Positions 1-10,424 of a stretch of 64,000 nucleotides of DNA are shown piece after piece. The DNA is from an uncultured Prevotella sp. (lineage in GTDB: Bacteria; Bacteroidota; Bacteroidia; Bacteroidales; Bacteroidaceae), in contig CALUIJ010000110.1 in NCBI GenBank assembly GCA_944320675.1, positions 1,019 to 65,018 of the forward strand, in the 5' to 3' direction. Within the stretch, counting starts at the first letter, position 1, and each line of letters opens with the position of its first letter. Below the pieces are notes generated by a model that was not told the origin of the DNA, did not search any database, and saw nothing but the letters and a program-made list of their open reading frames with translations. Position numbers and translations under genes: made by a program.

Positions 1-261
1 GTCGGCGAATACCTGCTGAGGAAAGGCAAACGCGACGTACAGATAATGGGATACGACATGGTGGAGAGGAACGCGAAATGCCTTCGACTCGGCTCAATGT
101 CGTTCATAATCGCGCAGCACGCCTTCATGCAAGGCTACAACTGCGTCGACACGCTCTTCCAGGCAATCGTGCTTAAAAAGAAAGTCAACCCCGTGAACTA
201 CATGCCGATAGAACTGCTTACAAAGGAGAACATCGACTTCTACAGGAGGACGCAACTGTAA
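1..261 (+). CDS. Partial (5'-truncated) LacI-family regulator / sugar-binding domain protein
   Basis: Frame open from base 1 (VGEYLLRKGKRDVQIMGYD...PIELLTKENID), resembling the C-terminus of a periplasmic-binding-fold domain; adjacent to uxaA. Confidence 0.65.
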   Translation, partial: VGEYLLRKGKRDVQIMGYDMVERNAKCLRLGSMSFIIAQHAFMQGYNCVDTLFQAIVLKKKVNPVNYMPIELLTKENIDFYRRTQL

Positions 262-362
262 GGCGCAAAGGCGGCTCGGCAAGCACATTACAGGCATGAA
301 AGCAGCCGTCTGAAAAACAATCTGTCATTGACTACTAAAAAATAAACAAATCACAAAACATT

Positions 363-1859
363 ATGGAAAAAGCTTCTTTCATAAAAATCAACAGGGCCGA
401 CACCGTGGTAGTCTGCCTGAGAGACTTAAAAAAAGGTGAGACCATCAGCGTCGACGGCAAAAACATAGAAGTATTGCAGGACACGCCGGCAGGCCACAAA
501 ATACTGACGGCCGACACGCCGGCAGGTACTAACATTATAAAATACGGCTATCCGATAGGACACGCCAAGGAAAACCTGACCGCAGGACAGTGGGTCAACG
601 AGAACAACCTTAAGACAAACCTTTCAGGCACGCTCTCGTATGAATACCACCCCGTGGACGAAAAGCTCGGAATACCGGCCGAAAACCTCACGTTCAAGGG
701 CTACATGCGCAAGAACGGCGAAGTGGGCATCAGGAACGAGGTATGGATTGTGCCTACCGTAGGCTGCGTAAACGGCATAGCCGAACGGCTGGCCGGAATG
801 CTGGCCGCCGAAACAGGCCTGGAGGGCATCGACGCCGTACACGCATGGCACCACAATTACGGCTGCTCGCAGCTCAGCGAGGACCATGAGAATACGAAGA
901 AGGTGCTGCGCGACATAGTGCTCCACCCCAACGCCGGAGCCGTGCTCGTTTTGAGCCTTGGTTGCGAAAACAACCAGCCCGACCAGTTTGAGCGCCTGCT
1001 CGGCGACTACGACAAGGAGAGAATCAAGTTCCTCGTCGTACAAAAAGTGAAAGGCGACGAAATAGAAGAAGGCATGCGGATACTGCGCTCGCTGTACGGC
1101 ATCGCAAAGAACGACAAGCGCACAGACTGTCCGCTCAGTGAATTGCGCGTAGGCCTGAAGTGCGGCGGCAGCGACGGCTTCAGTGGAATAACGGCCAACC
1201 CGCTCGTTGGCGAATTCTCAGACTTCCTCGTTGCCCAGGGCGGAACGTCGATACTTACCGAGGTGCCCGAAATGTTCGGTGCCGAAACAATCCTGATGAA
1301 CCGTTGCGAGAATGAAGACCTGTTCAACCAGACTGTAAAACTGGTAAACGACTTCAAGGAATACTTCTTAAGCCACGGCGAGCCCGTAGGCGAGAATCCG
1401 TCGCCGGGAAACAAGGCCGGAGGCATATCGACACTTGAAGACAAAGCCCTCGGATGTACGCAAAAATGCGGCCGGGCGCCGGTCAGCGGCGTGTTGGGAT
1501 ACGGCGACAGGCTGCAGGTAAAGGGCCTGAATCTGCTGTCGGCTCCGGGCAACGACCTCGTAGCATCAACAGCGCTGGCCGCCGCCGGATGCCAGATAGT
1601 GCTGTTCACGACCGGGCGCGGCACGCCTTTCGGCACATTCATCCCGACAATGAAAATATCGACAAACTCCGACTTGTTCAAGAACAAGCCCAACTGGGTT
1701 GACTTCAACGCCGGCGAACTTGTCGACGGCACCGACATGCAAGCACTGCTGCGCAAGTTCATCGACAAGATAATAGCCGTAGCCAACGGCGAAAAGACAT
1801 GCAACGAGAAGAACGGATACCGCGAAATATCCATCTTCAAGAACGGTGTCACCCTATAA
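363..1859 (+). CDS. uxaA: Altronate dehydratase (UxaA family)
   Basis: N-terminal SAF-like segment (GHK...IIKYGYPIG), GIRNEVWIVPTVGCVN, GLKCGGSDGFSGITANP and FTTGRGTPFG motifs. Confidence 0.93.
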   Translation: MEKASFIKINRADTVVVCLRDLKKGETISVDGKNIEVLQDTPAGHKILTADTPAGTNIIKYGYPIGHAKENLTAGQWVNENNLKTNLSGTLSYEYHPVDEKLGIPAENLTFKGYMRKNGEVGIRNEVWIVPTVGCVNGIAERLAGMLAAETGLEGIDAVHAWHHNYGCSQLSEDHENTKKVLRDIVLHPNAGAVLVLSLGCENNQPDQFERLLGDYDKERIKFLVVQKVKGDEIEEGMRILRSLYGIAKNDKRTDCPLSELRVGLKCGGSDGFSGITANPLVGEFSDFLVAQGGTSILTEVPEMFGAETILMNRCENEDLFNQTVKLVNDFKEYFLSHGEPVGENPSPGNKAGGISTLEDKALGCTQKCGRAPVSGVLGYGDRLQVKGLNLLSAPGNDLVASTALAAAGCQIVLFTTGRGTPFGTFIPTMKISTNSDLFKNKPNWVDFNAGELVDGTDMQALLRKFIDKIIAVANGEKTCNEKNGYREISIFKNGVTL

Positions 1860-1890
1860 GCTTTCGCCGAAACCCGTCGGCAGGCTTGCA

Positions 1891-1950
1891 TGACAGTGGC
1901 AAGCGGACAAGGGCGCACGCCCCCGTCTGCTTGTCATTCGTCTATTGTCG
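1891..1950. repeat. Degenerate GACAAG/CTTGTC-type hairpin after uxaA
   Basis: TGGCAAGCGGAC pairs with GTCTGCTTGTCA (two G-U pairs); arm sequence resembles the element at 28888-29047. Confidence 0.5.
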
Positions 1951-1992
1951 ATAATCTGCACGTCTGAAATTTGCCAGCCCCATAAATAAATA

Positions 1993-2811
1993 ATGAGAAT
2001 ACTGTTCAGGAATTTCACAAGACTGTTATCCATAGGTGCGTTCGGAGCCGACCGCGCAATTGAGGAAATGTCTGAATACAAATGGAACAAGCTGCTGCTT
2101 ACCGCCAAGGCATACGGCGTAGAAGGCTACGTTTGCTCCGGCATCGTAAAATCCGACGAAGGCATGATACCGCACGGAATTTACGAGCAAGCAAGCGGCG
2201 GCATCTGTCAGACACAAGCTACGGCGGCAAGAAGCGGATTCGCTCCCGGGCGCAGAATTAAGAAATTCTCAAATTTCCACCTTAACAACAAACTTAACAA
2301 GATTATATTCGACGAGATTCACAGCATCGACACGTCAATAAACTCATTAACGATGCTATGCAAACTTATCGACAACATCAACAACTTGTTAGACAAAGGT
2401 GTCGACATTACGGCCATGGCCGACCTTGGCGCATACCTCAGGGCATACGGCGACAAGATCGACTTTGTTAAAATTGAAGCATGGATAAAACTGCTTGGAA
2501 TAAGGAAAATGTGCAACATCGTATGCTGTTGCCTTATCAGCCTGTTCTCTTTCGAGGCGGAGGAATTCCCATTCATAAAAGAAGCCGGATGCAAATATCG
2601 GCGCAAAGCCGACCTAATCTTAAGCAAGGCCGTCGAGTCTTCGCCTGAATTGTCCGTACGGCCACAACGGAAAGAGACCGACGGACAGGGAATAAACCCC
2701 ATTAGCAAGCCAAACACAAGCCCTTTAAGATTCTTCAAATACATGCCCGTCGAGACTTCAAGCCGCTTCATTGCCAATATTGCCAAAAGTCTTTCAAACA
2801 TTGACGAATAA
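1993..2811 (+). CDS. Hypothetical protein, possibly distantly related to nucleotidyltransferase-family proteins
   Basis: 272-aa ORF with AT-rich leader; DLGAYLRAYGDKIDF segment; no clear catalytic motif. Confidence 0.6.
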   Translation: MRILFRNFTRLLSIGAFGADRAIEEMSEYKWNKLLLTAKAYGVEGYVCSGIVKSDEGMIPHGIYEQASGGICQTQATAARSGFAPGRRIKKFSNFHLNNKLNKIIFDEIHSIDTSINSLTMLCKLIDNINNLLDKGVDITAMADLGAYLRAYGDKIDFVKIEAWIKLLGIRKMCNIVCCCLISLFSFEAEEFPFIKEAGCKYRRKADLILSKAVESSPELSVRPQRKETDGQGINPISKPNTSPLRFFKYMPVETSSRFIANIAKSLSNIDE

Positions 2812-2830
2812 CTAAATTTTTATAATTTTT

Positions 2831-2861
2831 TTTGCGGTAAAGACGATTAAGTGTACCTTTG
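2831..2861 (+). promoter_or_regulatory. Bacteroidetes housekeeping promoter (-33/-7)
   Basis: TTTG (2831) then 19 nt then TACCTTTG (2854). Confidence 0.7.
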
Positions 2862-2966
2862 CAAAATTAAGAAAAAACGGCGCGGCATGACCGGTAGATG
2901 ACTCCCGGACAAGGCCGACAGCAGCAATATCAATTGCCGCCGCTACTTTGCAATAAATAAGATTTC

Positions 2967-3674
2967 ATGAAACGGCATATACTCTTCATTATCAGTTTAC
3001 TCATACTCGGCATCCAATATTCAACCGCCCAAAACGACGACGGCAACGTGCTGTGTGAAGACACATGCAGGCACGTCCACGGCATCGACCTAAGCCATTA
3101 CCAAGGCGAAGTGTTTTGGGAGACCGTAGGCGCAAACAGCAAAATGGCTTACGTCTACCTGAAAGCGACCGAAGGCAGCACTCATATAGACAAGACATAC
3201 GAACGCAACATCGAACTTGCCCACAGGTATGGCCTGAAAGTCGGTTCGTATCATTTTTTCCGGCCAAAAACGGATCTCGGGAAACAACTTGAAAACTTCA
3301 AGTCGCAATGCAGGCCCGGCGACCAAGACCTAATACCGATGATCGACATAGAGTCGACCGGCGGATTGAAGACCGACGAATTTTGCGACTCGCTCTTCAA
3401 GTTTCTCGACATGGTGGAAAAGGCTTACCGCCAAAAACCGCTTCTTTACACATACACGAACTTTTACAACAAGCACCTCGTGGGCAAGCTTGACGGCTAC
3501 AAGTTGATGATCGCCCAGTATTCCGACGAAAAGCCCAAGCTGGCCGACGACCACGACTATACAATGTGGCAATACACGGCCAAGGGGCGGATAAACGGAA
3601 TCAACACTTATGTCGACAAAAGCCGGTTTATGGGACGGCACAGCATGAGAGAAATAAGGTTCAAGCATTTTTAG
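2967..3674 (+). CDS. Glycoside hydrolase family 25 lysozyme with signal peptide
   Basis: GIDLSHYQG, KATEG, GSYHFF, IDIE and WQYT motifs. Confidence 0.92.
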   Translation: MKRHILFIISLLILGIQYSTAQNDDGNVLCEDTCRHVHGIDLSHYQGEVFWETVGANSKMAYVYLKATEGSTHIDKTYERNIELAHRYGLKVGSYHFFRPKTDLGKQLENFKSQCRPGDQDLIPMIDIESTGGLKTDEFCDSLFKFLDMVEKAYRQKPLLYTYTNFYNKHLVGKLDGYKLMIAQYSDEKPKLADDHDYTMWQYTAKGRINGINTYVDKSRFMGRHSMREIRFKHF

Positions 3675-3739
3675 AAACGAGTCGGCAACAAAACAAGAAA
3701 ATAAAGAACATAGCGTAAAATAAAAAGAGGAATAAACCA

Positions 3740-4936
3740 ATGGCAATCATCAAGTGCCCGGAGTGCGGCCATCAGACCAGCGACAAGGCTCCGGTATGTC
3801 CAAGTTGCGGCGTGGAAATTGCAGGGAAAATCATCAGGTGCCCCTATTGTGGGGAAATCTACTTCAAGAGCGAAGTCGTATGTCCCCACTGCCATAAAGC
3901 AGCCGAATACAATCAGGAAAACAACACACAACAATCACAAGACGACAACGGTGGCAACAGGCCGGACAATACGGCCGGAGCCGTGAGCCTGCCAGTCCGT
4001 ACAACGGACGCAACAATGCCTGAAACCACAAACGGAAACAATAATGGCAACGGAAACGACGGAAATGGGAAAAAAAGCAACAAGGGCACACTGATTGCTT
4101 CAGTCCTTATCGCCTTAATGGTCTTGGGCGCGTGCCTTTATTTCTACAAAAACGCAGAAAACGACAAAGAGCAAGAGGAATACGAGTACGCAATGAGAAG
4201 CAGCGACCCCACCATATTGCAAACATATCTCAACAACTTCAAGGACGCGCCTGAAGAGCATATCGACTCGATAACAGCACATCTCGAAAAAATATACAAA
4301 CAAGACCAAGACTGGACTAACGCTTTGGTAAGCGGCTCGAAAGCCGCCTTGACCGACTATATCGAAACCCACCCCGACAGTCCGCACAGGCAGGAAGCCC
4401 TCGACAAAATAGACTCAATAGACTGGGAACAGGCGGCAAAGCTTAATACGGCCGAATCTTACCAAATGTATGTCGACGCACACTCGGGCGGTGCCCATTA
4501 CGAAGAAGCCATGATTGCGCTTAAGAAAATTAAGTCAAGCGAAGTAAGCTCCGACGAACGCCTGAAGATAAGTGGTATTTTCCATAACTTCTTCGTATGC
4601 ATCAATTCCAAGGACGAAAGCAACTTGACGACCGACGTCAATGAATACATAAACTTCCTTGGGAAACAGAATGCGACAAAAAGCGACGTCGTTTCATTCA
4701 TGCACAAACTTTATAAAGCCGACGTCGAAAGCATGGTATGGAGCATACCTGGAAGTTATGACATACGGAAAAAAGAAATCGGAGACGGCCTATACGAATA
4801 CGACACGACTTTCATGGCCGAGCAGGAAATTAGGAAAACAGACGGCACCGGACCCGTAAACGTGTTCAGGATAAACGCCAAGGTTGACCCGGACGGAAAG
4901 ATAACAGAACTGTCGATGACTAAAATTGTAGAATAA
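3740..4936 (+). CDS. Zinc-ribbon-domain membrane protein
   Basis: Four CxxC motifs (CPEC, CPSC, CPYC, CPHC), Asn/Gly-rich linker, one TM helix, C-terminal extracytoplasmic domain. Confidence 0.8.
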   Translation: MAIIKCPECGHQTSDKAPVCPSCGVEIAGKIIRCPYCGEIYFKSEVVCPHCHKAAEYNQENNTQQSQDDNGGNRPDNTAGAVSLPVRTTDATMPETTNGNNNGNGNDGNGKKSNKGTLIASVLIALMVLGACLYFYKNAENDKEQEEYEYAMRSSDPTILQTYLNNFKDAPEEHIDSITAHLEKIYKQDQDWTNALVSGSKAALTDYIETHPDSPHRQEALDKIDSIDWEQAAKLNTAESYQMYVDAHSGGAHYEEAMIALKKIKSSEVSSDERLKISGIFHNFFVCINSKDESNLTTDVNEYINFLGKQNATKSDVVSFMHKLYKADVESMVWSIPGSYDIRKKEIGDGLYEYDTTFMAEQEIRKTDGTGPVNVFRINAKVDPDGKITELSMTKIVE

Positions 4937-4945
4937 CGACAAGAA

Positions 4946-6700
4946 ATGAACAAGCTGGTAATAATCGCATACTTGATGCTTTGTTGCCAATATACGACAA
5001 TGAGGGCTGAAAATAAAACCATCGAAATACGCGTGCTGCAGACGAGCGACGTGCACGGATGTTTCTTCCCATACGACTTTATCAACAGGGAACCGGCGGA
5101 AGGCTCGCTGGCACGTATAAGCACTTATGTGAAAAAGCTGAGAAGCACATACGGCGGCAGACTCGTCCTACTTGACAACGGTGACATACTACAAGGCCAG
5201 CCCACATGCTATTATTGCAACTACGTGAAACCCGACATGCCCAACGTCGCCGCCTCAGTGGTAAACTACATGGGCTACGACGCACAGACGATAGGCAACC
5301 ACGACATTGAAACAGGGCACGACGTGTACGACAAATGGATAAGCGAAGTTAATTGTCCGGTGCTCGGTGCGAACATGACAGACACGTCGACCGGCAAGCC
5401 ATATCTTAAGCCGTACACAATCCTCGAGCGCGACGGCATACGCATAGCCGTAATAGGACTTACAACGCCCGCTATCCCGAACTGGCTAAACGAACGCCTT
5501 TGGAGCGGGATACACTTTGAGGACATGACGCAAAGCGCCAGGCAATGGATTGAACGGGTTAAGAAGGAAGAACAGCCCGATATTATCATAGGACTGTTCC
5601 ACTCCGGCCGCGACGGCGGCATAACCACCGGACAATATGAAGAAAACGCAGCCCTGCGCATAGCCATGGAAGTTGCCGGCTTCGACCTGATTCTTTACGG
5701 CCACGACCACAGGTCGAACAAAGAGAGCGTAACCAACATCGAAAGCGGCAAGGTATTATGCCTTAACCCTTCGTCGAACGCCGAATACGTATGCGACGCT
5801 ACAATCACCGTTACGACGGCAGACGGAAAGGTGGTTAAGAAAGAAATTACCGGCGACGTGCACGACATAAGGCAACAAGCCGTTGACAATGATTTCATAG
5901 AACACTTCCAAAGCGACATAGACAGTGTCAACGCTTTCGTCGACCGCAAGATAGGAACGTTTAAGAGCACTATCCGCACACGCGACTCTTATTTCGGCAA
6001 CAGTGCCTTCTGCGACTTCATACACAACCTGCAACTCCGAATCACAAAAGCCGACATTTCGTTCAACGCGCCGTTGGCGTTCGATGCCGGCATCGAAGCC
6101 GGCGACGTCCGCGTGAGCGACATGTTCAACCTTTACAAATACGAGAACCAAATATGCGTACTCCGCATGACGGGTAAGGAAATACACGACTACCTCGAAA
6201 TGAGTTACGCATTGTGGACAAACCGTATGACATCGCCAACCGACCACATAATGCTGCTCGAACGCGACGAACACGGAGGATACGGATTCAAGAACCTCGC
6301 ATTCAACTTCGACAGCGCAGCCGGAATAGACTATGAAGTAGACGTTACCCAACCCGAGGGACGCAAAGTGAAAATCATCAGGATGAGCGACGGCAGGCCG
6401 TTCGACGAGACGGCATGGTACGACGTGGCGATGAACAGCTACAGAGGCAACGGCGGAGGCGAACTCCTCACCAAAGGCGCAGGCATACCCCACGACTCGC
6501 TTAAAGGCAGGACGGCATACGAAAGCGAACGCGACCAACGCTATTACCTGATGAAGGAAATTGAAGCCGCGGGCACAATGGATCCACAGCCAAACAGCAA
6601 CTGGCGCTTCGTACCGGACAACTGGACACGGCAAGCTATAATACGCGATAAAGAGCTATTATTCGGTGGAAAAAACAAAACAATGAAACAGCAAAGATAA
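4946..6700 (+). CDS. Bifunctional metallophosphatase / 5'-nucleotidase (CpdB/UshA-like)
   Basis: TSDVHG, DNGDILQG, GNHD and GHDH metallophosphoesterase motifs; signal peptide. Confidence 0.9.
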   Translation: MNKLVIIAYLMLCCQYTTMRAENKTIEIRVLQTSDVHGCFFPYDFINREPAEGSLARISTYVKKLRSTYGGRLVLLDNGDILQGQPTCYYCNYVKPDMPNVAASVVNYMGYDAQTIGNHDIETGHDVYDKWISEVNCPVLGANMTDTSTGKPYLKPYTILERDGIRIAVIGLTTPAIPNWLNERLWSGIHFEDMTQSARQWIERVKKEEQPDIIIGLFHSGRDGGITTGQYEENAALRIAMEVAGFDLILYGHDHRSNKESVTNIESGKVLCLNPSSNAEYVCDATITVTTADGKVVKKEITGDVHDIRQQAVDNDFIEHFQSDIDSVNAFVDRKIGTFKSTIRTRDSYFGNSAFCDFIHNLQLRITKADISFNAPLAFDAGIEAGDVRVSDMFNLYKYENQICVLRMTGKEIHDYLEMSYALWTNRMTSPTDHIMLLERDEHGGYGFKNLAFNFDSAAGIDYEVDVTQPEGRKVKIIRMSDGRPFDETAWYDVAMNSYRGNGGGELLTKGAGIPHDSLKGRTAYESERDQRYYLMKEIEAAGTMDPQPNSNWRFVPDNWTRQAIIRDKELLFGGKNKTMKQQR

Positions 6701-6776
6701 AAACTGCAACCGGAATGTTACACAACTTTGCTTTTCACACTCTTACCATCAGACACATCATTAAATAAATCTGACG

Positions 6777-7547
6777 ATGGAAAAATACTGGTTCATTTTC
6801 AGCGACTCGCAACTGATGCTCGAAAAGACGGCCGACGGCTATACAATACCACTGCAGGCAGAACCGCCGCTCGAAGCCGCACGCCCGGCAGGAGACATCC
6901 ACAACATAACTCCGCCTCTTAACGGAACCGACGTGAAGACATACCGAAGCGACAACGTCACACTTGGCGGAAAATACGAGTTGTGCCCCTTGCGCGCGTC
7001 ATACAGAAAACTTTCACCTGAACTTTATTACAAGGCGGGAAAATGCGCCGAAATACTCTATTGGGACGCCAATACGCAATACTGCGGCAAATGCGGCGGC
7101 AAAATGAAACTGCACACCGACATATCAAAAAAATGCACCGATTGCGGCCGTGAAGTGTGGCCCCTGCTGTCAACCGCAATCATCGTGCTCATCCACCGCG
7201 GCGACGAAGTCCTTTTGGTGCACGCCAACAATTTCAAAGGACATTATTACGGCCTTGTGGCAGGCTTCGTCGAGACAGGCGAAACGCTTGAAGAAGCAGT
7301 ACGCCGCGAAGTCATGGAAGAAACCGGATTGAAGATAAAAAACCTACGCTATTTCGGTTCGCAACCGTGGCCCTACCCTTGCGGACTCATGGTAGGTTTC
7401 CACGCCGACTACGAAGAAGGCGAAATACACCTGCAACGCTCCGAGCTGGGCGACGGCGGCTGGTTCGGCAAAGACGACCTGCCGGAAATCCCCGAAAAAC
7501 TCTCGATAGCACGAAGACTTATTGACGATTGGTTGGAAAAACAATAA
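6777..7547 (+). CDS. nudC: NAD(H) diphosphatase NudC
   Basis: CGKCG...CTDCG zinc ribbon, Nudix box GFVETGETLEEAVRREVMEETG, SQPWPYP signature. Confidence 0.93.
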   Translation: MEKYWFIFSDSQLMLEKTADGYTIPLQAEPPLEAARPAGDIHNITPPLNGTDVKTYRSDNVTLGGKYELCPLRASYRKLSPELYYKAGKCAEILYWDANTQYCGKCGGKMKLHTDISKKCTDCGREVWPLLSTAIIVLIHRGDEVLLVHANNFKGHYYGLVAGFVETGETLEEAVRREVMEETGLKIKNLRYFGSQPWPYPCGLMVGFHADYEEGEIHLQRSELGDGGWFGKDDLPEIPEKLSIARRLIDDWLEKQ

Positions 7548-7589
7548 TCCTTACACACCGACATTATTTCAAAGTCAATATAAACAAGC

Positions 7590-7643
7590 AACAGCGCCCG
7601 ACCGTCCCAACTCCGCCCGGATGACGGTCGGGCGCTGTTTTTA
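7590..7643 (+). terminator. Rho-independent terminator after nudC
   Basis: AACAGCGCCCGACCGTC / GACGGTCGGGCGCTGTT stem followed by a T run. Confidence 0.8.
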
Positions 7644-7676
7644 CATAATGACAGCCCGACATGCCTTTTTGTCAAC

Positions 7677-7808
7677 GTAAAACGCTACAAAAAGCATCGT
7701 TTTACGATGCAAAAGACAGCCTTTTACAAGGCGAAAGACAAGCGTTTACCCGACAAAAGGCAAGCTTTTGTAACGCGAACTACAATCTTTCGTACACGAA
7801 CAAGCATC
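7677..7808. repeat. Degenerate 22-bp tandem array (CTTTT-N7-AAAAG-N5)
   Basis: Units GTTTTACGATGCAAAAGACAGC, CTTTTACAAGGCGAAAGACAAG, CGTTTACCCGACAAAAGGCAAG, CTTTTGTAACGCGAACTACAAT. Confidence 0.7.
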
Positions 7809-8098
7809 AAAACCACAACGCAAAGGCATAAGACAATGCTTTCATTCCCTAAAAACCATATTACGGCCGACACTCAGTTTTTGACAATCTGCCAAGATCT
7901 TATCAGGTTTTATAACATTTAATGAACTGTTTAGACAAAAAGGGCATGATTCATCACCAACGCAAATCCTACACATGCCCTAAAAATTAAATGCAAAAAC
8001 ACATTAAAAAAGGATAAAACCAGCTTGTAAAACATAAAAAACGTTTCCAAGAATACAACATAAACCAATTATCCGTATCTTTGTAAAAACACAATAAA

Positions 8099-8407
8099 AT
8101 GGGAAAGTTAGCGGCAATATTATTGACAACGCTTTTCTGTGGCGGCATCTCTTGCGCACAAACGACGGAAAGGCACTCCAAGGATGAGGGTAAAGATTCT
8201 TTGGTGACAAACATCCACATCCCGGCTACGGCAATCAAGGAATACGGCCACCCCACCACAAGACACGACTCAATATCATACCGTTTAAGGGCGTACAAAA
8301 TGGATGAGAATGCCGTAAAAGCCCCTAAAAACGACACATTCAAGATGAAGATGGGGAAAGAGCCGTTTTTGGCTGATTTCCTAAGGGATGTGATAAGCCA
8401 CTTTTAA
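8099..8407 (+). CDS. Small secreted hypothetical protein
   Basis: Signal-peptide-like N-terminus; TATCTTTG -7 box at 8076-8083. Confidence 0.65.
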   Translation: MGKLAAILLTTLFCGGISCAQTTERHSKDEGKDSLVTNIHIPATAIKEYGHPTTRHDSISYRLRAYKMDENAVKAPKNDTFKMKMGKEPFLADFLRDVISHF

Positions 8408-8446
8408 ACGCTATTGCTCAACATAAACCAGCACCGCATATTTAAG

Positions 8447-8593
8447 AAAAAGTAGCTGGCCGCAGTACGACGCTTTGCGTCGGAGTCAACGTGAACCAAC
8501 GGGCGATACTCCGAATCGTTGGCATATAGGCTGTTGTCCGGCAGCTCCGGCAAGTGGAAACGCCCCCGACTTATGACAACTCCCCCAACTTCA
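8447..8593 (+). repeat. Diverged copy of the ~150-bp palindromic element at 24171-24316
   Basis: Colinear with the reverse complement of 24171-24316 (shared AAAAAGTAGCT, GACGCTTYGCGTCGGAGTYAA, TTGTCCG, CTCCGGC, GAAACG blocks). Confidence 0.75.
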
Positions 8594-8663
8594 CCACACA
8601 CTATAATTTTAATGTGCCGTCGCACAAACACAAATGAAAACACAAGGCCCTAACGCACAATAA

Positions 8664-8695
8664 TTTGGATTATCGGATAAAATATTGTAATTTTG
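8664..8695 (+). promoter_or_regulatory. Bacteroidetes housekeeping promoter
   Basis: TTTG (8664) then 20 nt then TAATTTTG (8688). Confidence 0.7.
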
Positions 8696-8741
8696 CAGCG
8701 CGAACGAACAAAGCGAACATAATATATTTATATTAAGGTAA

Positions 8742-10361
<1,620 letters not shown>

Positions 10362-10380
10362 ATGTCACTCGCAGGCATGT

Positions 10381-10396
10381 TGGCAAGATTTTTGCT
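10381..10396 (+). promoter_or_regulatory. Putative sigma54 (-24/-12) promoter
   Basis: TGGCAAGATTTTTGCT has GG-N10-GC spacing and lies 28 nt before the grpE ATG at 10425. Confidence 0.6.
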
Positions 10397-10424
10397 TAGG
10401 GGTAAACAAAAACACTTTAACATC

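Noticed and set aside
2967-3674. Prophage lysis gene
   Set aside because: Has a signal peptide and a host-type promoter, with no holin or other phage genes nearby
7707-7922. 71-aa ORF (also 46249-46455, 62139-62441 and 29734-29997)
   Set aside because: These read through the 22-bp repeat arrays and have no recognisable protein features
8404-8643. 79-aa minus-strand ORF or a riboswitch
   Set aside because: Overlaps the repeat element; I found no conserved motif of a known riboswitch
10362-10424. N-terminal extensions in the ORF track (grpE, galM, araD, pheT, HU, alkaline phosphatase)
   Set aside because: They overlap promoters or upstream genes; downstream ATGs match the family N-termini better
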